Source: Phoronis australis (taxonomy: Eukaryota; Animalia; Phoronida). Taken from it: DNA of 64,000 nucleotides. The notes under the pieces were generated by a model. It saw nothing but the letters and a program-made list of their open reading frames with translations, was not told where the DNA came from and searched no databases. Both the position numbers and the translations under genes were made by a program. The stretch covers positions 349,792 to 413,791 of the forward strand of contig NMRA01000403.1 of assembly GCA_002633005.1 (NCBI GenBank), in the 5' to 3' direction. Each line of letters opens with the position of its first letter. Positions within the stretch are counted from its first letter, which is position 1. Below are positions 1-11,800 of this stretch, in pieces.

Positions 1-758
1 GACCGACAATGTTTTAGATAAACTAGCACAGGACTGCAACAATACTAAAACCAGCCATTTGCTTTTACAGCACAAGTGTACTGGAGGTTCAGACACAGCA
101 GAGATAATTCGATGCATGAATTTATTACATGGCCAGGCAGCTGTTTTTTTCAGTAACTAGGCCCTGAATGAGATTTGAACCATTAACCTCGAATCCCAAG
201 ACGCCGAGATGACCAAATAAATATCTTAATTAGTTACCAAAAATATTATAAAAACACACAAAACGAAAAACTTTGTCGTCCCTACACAGGGCAGTTCACT
301 AGACGTGCAAATGATGTAAATGGAGATATTTGTTCTTTTCACATTTAAATAATCTTTAAATGATTACAATGACACAAATCATTCGTGGAATTAAATTTAC
401 TGACAGTACCTTTGACCCATTTCTAATTTATCTTTAGAAATCCCATCAAAAATTTGCGCGAGACTCTGAAAATTAGCATCTGTCATTTAATTCTTCATGC
501 TTTTCCATGTAAAAAAAGCAATTATCAAAACTAAATGAGTCAATGACCTTTGTCCTTTCACCTTTGATCTCAAAGACATACACCATCAGCAAGTGCCAAT
601 TCCCTCAATCCTTTCAAGCACGCGCTTTTTACAGTGATTCGTGAACAGGGTGATAATTGTGAAATGATCCCTAAGAACAAAACTTTTTGTCTTTTTAATA
701 ATGAACAAGCATCATTTCAAAGTATCAAATGAATTTCCATTTATCAAAAACAACTCAC

Positions 759-3700
759 TTCTCTAGTTGGAACTAAGACCACTGCATAGGGTCCATCTGA
801 CCTTTGAACTTTGGGGGTCATAGCTTGGAGTTGATGCACAATGGGAACAGCATAGGACAGCGTTTTACCTGCAGCAAAAGAGTCAATAAATTTCAATATT
901 CATTGTTTAAAACTATTTATGGCAAAAGGCCATTACATTAATTTAGGAAAGAGTCACTATTAGTCGCTAGATTCAATTGGTTTTATCCTGCTCTGAACAG
1001 TACTTTTCCGGGTAACAGTTGGATGTAATGTGCTCGCACTTCGAGAACCAGTTTTCTCCACTAAATAATGGTCATTATACTGGTTCCCAAAATGCAGGCG
1101 CGTGATATCTGACTATTGGCCATTTTTGCTCACAATGAGATTTTCCAGAGTTATGTACATGATCCAGCCAGTGTCTTCAAGAGGTCAAGAACTTTTACTA
1201 ACAGAATGAAGAACAGAGCATCACAGGAGGCAGTATAATAATTAAACTGTAAAGCAACAAGAAATAAAAAGCAAGAATAAACTATGGTTGGATGCATCGG
1301 AGAAAACCAACACCTCAATTCAGTGCACTTGGTCCGAGTAGTCTGTAAAATGAAACCAAACACAGCCTCCCTGATCAAAAGCTCTGACTGGTCACCAAGT
1401 GCTTGATTTATTAAAAGTCATCAGTTCAGTCTAAGCAAAGAAGGTCGCAAGTTTATTAATGCGAGTTGAATTTTTCGAAGAATGTGAATGTTGCAGCTGA
1501 TTTCTTGATATTCGGACTCACGACCTTTGCCCTTCAGGCCTACAGCCATTAACAAAAAGCCGACTCCACAGTGAGTCCACAGTGTGAACCCCGTAGAGTG
1601 AACTATCACAGTTATACTAGAGTGCCAGACAACCCATAACTGCACATGCTCAGTGATATAGAATGTAGAAATGTATGGCAAATTTAGAGTCAGCTTTGCT
1701 GCATGCCAGGCATAGTTAATGCCACAAACAAAAAAGAGGAAAAATTCCCAGGTGATGTATCATTCTACAAATGAATAGCTTTGTGTGATAGAAATATTTT
1801 TGTTTTGTAAAATTTAACTGCAAAAATTTTTTTTGCATGAATACAGACAAGATGATGATAAAAGATATGAAAAAGAGACAACTGGCAATCAAATAAGAGG
1901 AAATCGAAATCAAAAAAAGAAGAAATTCTCTTAAAAGAGGAAAATTCCAAGCCCTGTGATAATTACAGTGCAGGTCACAAAGTTTTGACTGGAAGTATTT
2001 GGAAATGAGTTAGTGAATGATCAAGGACTGGTTGAAAAAGGGGCAATGAAGTTTGCTAATTCTTTTCTCACTCAGGTCACATGAGCACCAGATAGGGAAC
2101 TGCTGACAAATTGTCCGACATTACCTGAGCCGGTCTGAGACTTGACCAGTACGTCCCGTCCAGCCAACACTTGGGGAATGGTCTCTTCCTGGACACTGGT
2201 CATCTTCCTTAGCCCCATCTTCTCGGTCAAGTTGGACACCTGCAGTGGTCAGTCAGTGCAGGTATAACATAGCAGTGCACACTGAACACCAACCAAATTG
2301 TCGGATAAAACCTGATAAATCCTTCTTACTGATTATTTCAAAAGAAGTAAGTATATCCGAAATGACGCCACTTTCAACATGACTATAGAACTTTAAATTA
2401 ATGTAAATTATATGTTCTAATTGATACACAGTATACTTCAAGTAAGGAAAGTCAATCTTTGTTTGACCCTTTGACCCCAATTACATAATCAAGGTAAGAG
2501 ATACAGTAGGTACAGCAGGTAGTTTTCAAAATAAACTGGAGAGTGTTGAAATTTGACAAGTTTTGACTTCCAAAACCATGTCTAAGGAATTACACTATCT
2601 CCTGTTTGATTTGAACACCTTTCAATTCCAGCACATTCTCAACAAAACCTAGCCAGGTGTGACTCCACGCATTTTGTTGAATATGCAACAGGTTACATGC
2701 GCTTGGCAAGTTGGCAGATAAACAGTAGCTAGACACAATCAAGTACCGTCAAACTCTGACTACAGTTTGATAAAAATGATGGTTTCTTGCGACAGCTAAT
2801 TCTGGCACAAAGTTTTCCAAGTCTGGTAGAGCCTGACAGAGTTCCGTCAAAATCTGTCCAGTTCATTTAGAAAATCACATGTAGGTTTTGCGACACTGTT
2901 AGCTCATAGCGGCTTGATTTAGATAATTACCAAGAACGGGTGAAGCTTTAAGTCACTGAACAATTCAGTGGAGAAAACAGCCTCCTTCAGACTAGACACA
3001 GATTTACTGAAAAAAGTACAAAAAATATCATTAGAAAACAACAACAAACACGAGAAATTGTTTACATTATGCAACATTTAACAAACACTGATGTTTAAAA
3101 CAGCTAATAAACCCAATTTTTATCACAACTTTGATTTAAACCATTCATCATGATTATGAAATTGGACTTAATTGTTCCTTGGTGATTTTAGCGTTCCGAA
3201 AGATCTGAGAGTTGTAATCCTAGAAATCACTTCTCATCTAAAGCAGGAACAAGTTGAGACTAGCATTAAAGCAATATTTGAAATCCCTGAAAAGTTCTCT
3301 TCCTGGACGATATGGGAGTATACAGCCACTTCTAAATTTTTTCAAAATAGCACTTAACTTTTGAAACAAGACGCAAAGCAAAACTTTTCACAGGCTTAAA
3401 ACGAAGTTACAGCAAATAAGTACAAGCACTTTCGTGTACTTGTTTTAAGACCCTAAAAGACGGGAGTATTTTCACCCTCCACAATGTTTCTTGAACTGCA
3501 TAACAACTCAATGTTCAAAGCATCTCACAGAATGTCTTGAAGGGATCTCTTGTAAATGTTTATTTTTCAGAAGTAATGTTTTGTTCACAAAAAGCTCTCA
3601 AGGAGCTATTTTGGAAATTAAGTGATGGGACTCTTTTGAAAACTTGTTTTGCTAACATTATATTTAAGTGGTTTAGAAGTGCAAAAGATTGAGTGCGTAA

Positions 3701-5715
3701 CTGCACATGACACTAGAAAACTAAATTCAGCTTTAGTGGTTTTGGAATTTGAGGTGATGACTTTGGTCAACTTGAAATACCAGCCAGGTTCATCTTCAGT
3801 TAGACAAAGTGTAGTCCAACGGTGCCTCCGTTGACAAGTCGTCAATAAACTTAAAACATTTTAGGTATGCTTGTAACGACCAAAATTGAAAAAATAATGG
3901 CATTTTGTCATATTTGCCATAATACCGTCCTAGAAAAACATCTCGATCCCAAAAGACCCAACATGGTGACTTGTTCTGTTGTTTCCAAAAAGTCCACAAG
4001 AGAGCTTTATGTTGGTGGGGGGAACATTTCAGAAAACTTCAGTAGGATGGCATCCAACCTTTTCCTGCATACCCACCTGTGAACAACTGGAATTTCTGGG
4101 TTATTCTTAAACAACGACGAAATAATCTGTCCATGAGATCGATGTCCACCCGCCTCGAACTTTGACCTTTTATCTGCCACAGAAACATCTTCACTCGCCT
4201 TTCTTTTCTTAGTCAGTTTTTCAGGTGAAGGTGAATCATTATTTAACTTTGGTGGCACAGTTTCCTGTTCATTGTATGTAGCTTCATCTGCCTTTTGTTC
4301 CAGAAACTTCTTGTGACGCCTTTCTCGAATGCGATCACCCTTTGAAATTCAACAAAAACATAGTAATTCTGATATTTAATGACTCGGTCAAAAATTATTT
4401 CATTACAAAGATGTGCACAGTTTTATATCAATGTGGATAAATCTCATGTAGTCTTCCGCCAAGTAAAGAAACTATGTCACGGGCATTAAAAACTGATGCT
4501 GGTGTATTTTTGTACATACTTTAGCCAAATTTGAGGCAATTAACTAACTTATGAACGCCATAAAAAAGAGCACCCTCTCTTTGTCAACTCCTGTTTACAT
4601 CCTTTCAGGAACTTAAGTTACCGCCACCTCCCAAAGGGGGAGTGATGTAAGTAAACAACACTTATTAGATTGCGTTTCTTTTGAGGATTCCAAAGCACAA
4701 GGTATATGACCATTAAATGACAGTGATAAAACTTTCGATGGCCGAGTGACCTAAATAATTTAGTATAGCCAAGGGATAGGCACCATGGAGGAGAGCACCA
4801 TAGTCAGATAGGTGTACACCTAATTTATAAGTGATTTGAGAACCATTTATTTCCACTGAATAACATGCATTATTATGTGGAAGTAACTGGTTCTCAAATC
4901 AGGGACCCATCTACCCAACTACATTAACCATATCATTTTTATTTACACCTTGTTTAACAACACTGCTTCCTACTCCTAGTCCTAGCAATGTTTTGACCAC
5001 TAGTACTACACTCAGTTAGTTTAGCACTCACATTGTTGCGACTCGTAACACTGGGTGTGACATAGAGTTGTGTTAAGCCCCTCTAAACCACTTGCCAAGT
5101 GGCGCAGCAATTGGACGCTCGACTCTCAGGCCGATGGCCCAGGGCCAGGACTAGGCNCGGTAAACTCACCGATTTTTGTCTCATTACTTTGATACGTGTT
5201 TCTCCCGAGAGGTTAGTACCTAACGTGAAGACGAGCACTCCAAATTGGAACGCTAAGTCCCGCGTGGTTGCGCTGCACGCGAAACAAGATGGCGGACGAA
5301 CTTTGGAGCCTGACGAAAATAGGTAACCGGACGATACTACACTCAGTTAGTTTAGCACCCACATTGTTGTGACTCGTAACACTGGGTGTGACATAGAGTT
5401 GTGTTAAGCCCCTCTAAACCACTTGCCAAGTGGCGCAGCAATTGGACGCTCGACTCTCAGGCCGATGGCCCAGGGCCAGGACTAGGCTCGACACCAATCA
5501 CTAGTCACTACTCACTAGCCGTCGTCGTGCCGGGCATGTGGTGTACAAGCTGGCTCATCTTTACTTTTAACTAGTACTCAGAAAAACTGCTAAGCTACCT
5601 CAGTTATACCACTCACTCTATTTGGTGTGATTCGCTTAAATTTAGGTTTTTCGACATTTGTCTGGCCATATCCCGTCACATTTAACAGTAAACCTCCTTC
5701 GCCGTCAACATCCAT
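759..5715 (-). CDS. DDX31: DEAD-box RNA helicase DDX31/DBP7, 5' part (exons 1-5; continues beyond window start)
   Basis: Exons 5715-5617 ([13 protein letters not shown]..., DBP7-like N-terminus), 4339-4077 (...[12 protein letters not shown]), 3006-2931 ([18 protein letters not shown]), 2239-2125 (Q motif [10 protein letters not shown]; [11 protein letters not shown]) and 868-759 (GKTLSYAVP...[13 protein letters not shown]; Walker A and motif Ia). All introns are GT-AG with matching phases 0,2,0,1,0. Confidence 0.92.
1715..1958. repeat. Dispersed repeat (CAGGGCTTG-ended, MITE-like) with an inverted copy at about 19280-19520
   Basis: CTCTTAAAAGAGGAAAATTCCAAGCCCTG versus CAGGGCTTGTAACTTTCCTCTTTTAAGAG, with a collinear interior. 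Confidence 0.6.
5004..5487. repeat. Haplotype-type duplication (5004-5156 = 5335-5487) around single N at 5157, enclosing a transposon end
   Basis: Two near-identical 153-bp copies. The intervening 5158-5334 matches the reverse complement of 58783-58959. Confidence 0.85.
5158..5334 (-). mobile_element. Terminal segment of a DNA transposon (same family as the copy at 58783)
   Basis: About 175 bp near-identical to the reverse complement of 58783-58959. Homology stops exactly at ...GGTAACCGGAC(G/T)A in both copies. Confidence 0.75.
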
Positions 5716-5859
5716 CCTGAAAAAACGTGAAACGGAAGTATACAATACTGTAGCGACATCTATTGAGTTTCCGGCTTAGGATTGACCAATAGAAAGTTGT
5801 GTTACATGAACTCTAGGCCTTAGTTGTTCTTGGTAACCATTTTCAGAGAAGAAGCCAAG
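5716..5859. promoter_or_regulatory. Bidirectional promoter and 5' UTRs shared by DDX31 and AK8
   Basis: The divergent ATGs at 5715 (-) and 5860 (+) are 144 bp apart. The interval contains ETS-like ACGGAAGT (5732) and TTTCCGG (5768), CCAAT (5786) and an RFX X-box-like GTTGTTCTTGGTAAC (5823-5837). Confidence 0.7.
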
Positions 5860-8800
5860 ATGGATCAGACGAAAAGACCTCTCCTTATTCCCCCAGAGTT
5901 TTCAAATTATGCCGAAAAGTTTGGTATATTTGAAATGTACAAAGTAAGTAACTAGTCGAAAGACTCATTCAAGACAAATAGTGAAGATTTATGTCAGTTT
6001 GACGTGCTCACTCCGTACAGGTCTTCACTTCGTCTTCAGTCGTCGAAGCCTTGGCTTTGGCTTTGGGTTAGAAATTGAAGTTTGATGGCAGGCAATTAAA
6101 TCGCCGTTGGCATACAGGGGTCATAGCAAAGCTGACCCCCATAAAAAAAGTCCTCTCAAAATTTGTATATATATTTACTTAGCTTTTATTAAGACGCACC
6201 ATCACTGTGGAGAATATTTAGTTCCATAATTTGAAAATAGTACCCATAAAAATCTGCCGTAGTTCACTCAAACTTCCCTCACCTATACTAAGTGCTATAT
6301 ATTGAGGAAGTTCCGCGAAGTCACACTTGTTGAAGAAAGCTCTAGTGAACCGAGACAGATTTTTATGAATTTCTTTGAATGATGTTCACAAAATTGTCTT
6401 CAGAGTCATTTTATAATTATAACTCAATGTGTGCATATATGCATGTTCTGTTCATTGTATTTTGCGAAAGCATGGTGTAATTTCTTAAGTATAGTAATTA
6501 CCAAGATTACCCAAGTGGGGTTTTGATAATAATTACATGACAATTACAACAGTCGCTATAAGAAAGAGTCACATCTGGGTTTAGGTAAAGACCTTCCACT
6601 CAACCAACATGTCTGCATTGTCTGAAGTTATCTCCCATGTATTTAATGAGCCTCTGTTGTGCAGCACACTTTTGTTTCCAGAGGCTGATAGAACAGTTGA
6701 TCATCACCAAGCCATCCGATCCACTCAGCTTCATGGTGGAGTTGCTGAAGCGAGAGAACGACGACGGTAGGTTACTGATCCGAATGCAACAATGGGTTGC
6801 GCGAAAGGCTAGCATGCGTGCAGAGGAGTACGATTCTGACTGAGCTAGTCACCCTCGTAGCCACTAGAGGGCAGTAGAAAGGCACCAGTATAGAGACTAC
6901 TGCAGCGTCTTAATTTTACTAATGTTCATTGTACCTTGAACACTGCTGGGCAGTAATAATACAAGTGTACGTTTTTCAAGAACTTAACTGATTTCCTTGA
7001 TTGACTAACTCGTTTTGACAGAATTCAGTTTTTAAGGTGTTTAAGTGGTTCAAACCATTTTTAATGTCCAGTTTTTATTATATCTCTGCAAAATACCTAT
7101 GAGGCATTCTTGGACTGTTAAAGGGACACACTTTTATCACAAATTTGAGTAGAGTACTAGTAAAACAGATAAGAAATTCACTTACTACGAACTTTTTATA
7201 GTTGATGATTATGAATCTTCCACCTTCATCTAAAGGTCGTTTTCACTGAGTGGATTACCCATGCTTTGTTGAACCACATCTAGAATGGGGGGGTCATATA
7301 CCCGGGGGAGCTGTAGTGCTTTGTCTTGGTTCATTGTGTCTGTTCATGATAAATGCGGCTCCTTTAACTTTTCGAGTTGGACAAATGCACTGACATTGGT
7401 GATCATACCCTCAACACTGGCGGTTGTTGCTATGAAATTTCACCAGTTCCATATTTTAGTTGGAATTAATTGGAAGTTTCCTAGTTTCACCGCTTACTTG
7501 TTTTAGAGTTAGATAGGACTACAGTGAACACTCACACACATTTTAAACATTAAAAATTATTTTCATTAAATTTAAGCCAGAAGCAAAAAGGATTCTTGTC
7601 TTATAACGAAGTGAATTAATACACTTTCATTCTTTGTTCATCAAAAACTGTCTCCAGTCTATTGTTAGTTTTGATTCTGTCCATTAAACAAAAAGATGTT
7701 AACCTTAGCATTGTTGCTTGTTAATCAACATCGTGAATTTGGTTTGTTAACTTGTTGGGCTGTATAAAATGTGGAGCAAGAAAGTTTATACCCTAGGATT
7801 TAGTGAACTGAAAAGTTGCAGTATTTTCTTCACCAGTACTACAAAACTGCAGTCTTATTTTAATGTGACCGACTTGTGGTTTTTGAATAACTCTTCATTC
7901 ATGAGCTGTACTCTTTCAAGAGTCTGGAATCTTCTGAAAGAAAATATGAGATGGAGTTTCCAATTATGAATTACTCGCTGACTGCAAGTAAGCATCGGAT
8001 GGAGGTAGTGTCTGCAGGGAATGTTCTATTGTTCGACAGACAAAAAATATTAAGTCACGTACATGTAGAGTGGACGAGTATAAATAGGAAATATTCAGAG
8101 TTACACCTGTGGGAGGTATCGCTTGGCCCACTTTCAAATTCTGGTGTGCGAGAAAGGTCGACTCAACTGGAAACAAGGGCAATGTCATTCATTTTCAGGA
8201 GTATTCAAGTCATGGATATTTATGTATGATTACCATGAATATTTATCTCTTTGCAAAATAGTAAGTCCAATGCTGTGGTGATCACAAAATATAACTAGGA
8301 AATCCCTATCAAGGATGTTAGGTCCTAGCTGTCTAGGCAATTACACAGCTTCTAAGCCGGTAATTATATTAATTATAAATGCTGTTCATTTATTACTGCG
8401 CCATCTTCTGGCCACAAGCTGTATAGTTTCATGATGTCACCACTGCAGGCCTGGAGAAAATGGCATTCGGATCTCTTGGTAATTCATTTTATGATTGAAG
8501 CTTGTATAACGTTAGAATTTTCTGCCAATTATATAGGTTGGGTCTTTTGACTATGTCTGACAATGAAATAAGGTATCGAGATTTTGTGCAAATAAAGAGA
8601 GAGAAATGGTTGAAACTAAAATGCCTTAGCATGGGTCTGCAATTTCTAAATGGTGTTTTGTTTTTAAGCAAGTATAACATTATTGGCTATTTTTAGTGTA
8701 AGTTTTGTAACATTTTCTAACTAAAGAAATCTTATCATCCTGCACTTAGTCTTATATGTTTGTTCAAGACATTATAATTACAGTTTTTTCATTTTTGTTA

Positions 8801-11800
8801 GGCTGTAGGTGTTTTATTTTATGTTTTTCTGCCAATTATTAAACCTATGGTAAGTAGTAATCTTTAATACATAATTCCACTTCTAAACATTAAGAACTTG
8901 ACTTTGAAAATGTTTTTGTTGCAATCACTTGTTCTTGACACGTAAATCAGTGAATGACATCAACGACATATTAATCATGGGAAAATCATCCTGACAAGTG
9001 CCGAGATATTTCAAACTTTCAAAAGTGCATAGTTTTGCTGTACACTCAGGAGAAACTAGCTAGTCACAAATATCATGCTTTTTAAAGCGGCATTTTTCCC
9101 TGCTTATAGTTGACTGAAAATGAAAGTCTTACACGTATTAGGTCTTTTGTTTTTGTAAAATTGATCTCGTAATATTCCATTCCTTGGTAGGATTCCACTT
9201 TCAATGCCATCTCAAATCACAGGCAATGTCTACCCTTTTCAAATTGGCCGTTTTAGGTTTGGCTAATCTCTGTAAACTTTGAAATATTTTCCTGAGTTCT
9301 ATAGTCATTGATGTTTTTGAAATTCTTACGTATTGGTAAGGAAATGAAACCCTGCCATGGTAAGGAGTATTATGATACAGTCTTATTGTATATGTTGTGG
9401 AAATCATCAATAAGAACACAAGAAAATGTACATTGTGACTGATGGGGCCCTCTGCCATCGTCAATACATTTTACTAGCTTTTGACAATGTCTGTATGGAT
9501 TGTCAATTAAAGATTTCTAAAAAAACAGAAGCTTTGTAAACTGGCATTTTTGTGGCTTTTTCTGTTAGTCTACATTTTCATTATTTGTCAACTTTCTGTT
9601 AACTTGATTTTTTTTTCAGTTCCCCAAATCGCGGTGCTGGGTCCCCCATGCTCGGGTAAAAGGACAATCTCTAACATGATCTGTTCAAAGCTGCGGACAG
9701 CCCATATTACCAGCGAAAACCTGGTCGAAGAAGCTGACCTGGAGACTAAGAAAGCTTGTAAAGCCCTTCTTGATGACAATAAGGTATATCACATTGCATG
9801 GTGAGGTGCTACTGTGGGCTAGTCACATGCCCGTATTCTCGCTGTTTCACATTTTTCAGTGACCACTTAGAGCTGTACTCGGTTTCACTCCCGTTCTCTT
9901 ATTTTGAATTCATTGGCGTGAACTCGAACTGGTATGGTTGTGAGTGAGGATTGTTTTTAAGAAAATGCATCTTAAATTATTGATGGGTTATTTATGACCA
10001 GAGAGTTCAGCTTATATTTTACTCACATTGCAGTATGTCTATCTCTTGGGAGTTCAAAGTTTTGTGACACAGAATCTGTACCCGGGCCTATTTTCATTCG
10101 AATTCAATTAAAAAAAAGTTATTGTTATAAATCGAATTTTGAATATCTGATGGTGTGTTGACTATATGGTCACCATACTTTAATGCGACTGAACTTCAAA
10201 TTTTGTGGAGACATTAAGAGTTCAAATTCAATTTTGTGACCCAGACTATGTGCCCGGGCCTCTTTTCATTTAAATTTGAATTCACTAATTATAAATTGAA
10301 TTCTGAATATCTGATGGTGCATCCATAATATGGTCTACACCACATTTGAATGCGACTGAACTTCAAATTCTGTGAAAATGCAAACCCTCTCCACACAAGA
10401 TAATCTTAAGAACACAAATAGAGTCTGTTAATGACATCATAACCCCACTTGCACAATATTCCTCCATGATTTTGTGATTGGGTTAAAAATTTGAAGTGTT
10501 TAACATTTCAGTTGTTAATTGTTATTCGCAAGTGTAGTAAAACCGAATAGTACTCTACTCTCTTTTAAAGGTACATTACCCGACTTTCTCCATCAAGCTT
10601 TCCTTAGAGTTCAGTATCACTTTTTCCAACATTGCCTTTTCAGCCTATTCCAACTGAATTGTGGGTAAAGCTGATTTCGTCCAGACTACAACTCTTTGAC
10701 TGCATACGTAAAGGTTGGGTAATGGACGGATTTCCTCACACCAGAGACCAAGTGCTGGCGCTGCAGGCTGTAGGCGTCTACCCTAAACACTGTGGTGAGT
10801 GAGTAGTTGCTCATGGAGGAAGATTTCCTCTGTTTAATGGATCCGAATGACACTCTTTTTCTCATTCAGCAAAATGGGGGAAGTTTTCAGTCAGTAGAGG
10901 CTATTGTTAAATCATGGTTCATGGAGAGTAACGATATTGTGATCGTCATTGTTTGATTATTGTAATTTTGATGTTTCAAGACAGATGAGCTCCTTTTGAA
11001 AGAACTGCAAATTGCTCCAGTTTTTGTAGATGATGTGTACTGAGATTTGTGTCTGATGCGATGTGGTGGCTAATAACTTATTATAGATGATGATATTTTT
11101 AACAGTGAAAAGTATTTTTTAACAAAAATAGTTGGTAGAAAACACAACTCTTGGAAATTGGCTAAATTTTGAAACAATGTTTTTTGATTAATTTGATTTT
11201 AGTGTTATTACGTATGTGAAAGTCAGAGTGGGTATTAGATGATTCTATTTTTTAGAAATACTTATTTGAGATTATCATCAAATTGCCTGACACAGAGCAG
11301 ATGATTGAAACTATTCTTGTGGCAGACATGATCAACTAATGTACGAGCCGGAAAATGTTGTGTTTGCCTCAGCTGCGAAAGGCAATTTGAATAAAACAAA
11401 AAATACGATTCGGCAGTTTTTGGAAAGCACAGAGTCGAACACGTATGATACACTGATAATTGTAGTTAAGAAATGGGAAGTTTTAGTTTTCTATTTCAGT
11501 CCTTCTTGATGCCCCTGATACCGTACTTATTGAGAGAGCGTCTGGAAAAAGAGTCGATCCAAAGACTGGAGGTTTGTGTTTCTCCTCATCAATTTTTCAG
11601 AACACTGTTTAATGATAACATTTGTTGTGAACACATCCGCGATGGGGCAAATGGCAGATTAGACTGATGCTCATACCACTTTCATTCACCAATAATTTAG
11701 AGCTCAGGATGAGATTTGTCAGTCAAGAGCTATCACAAAAATATAAACAATCTGTAACTTTTAGCCCTGGTTGTGTTACGATTATTTTTGGAATTTGGTT

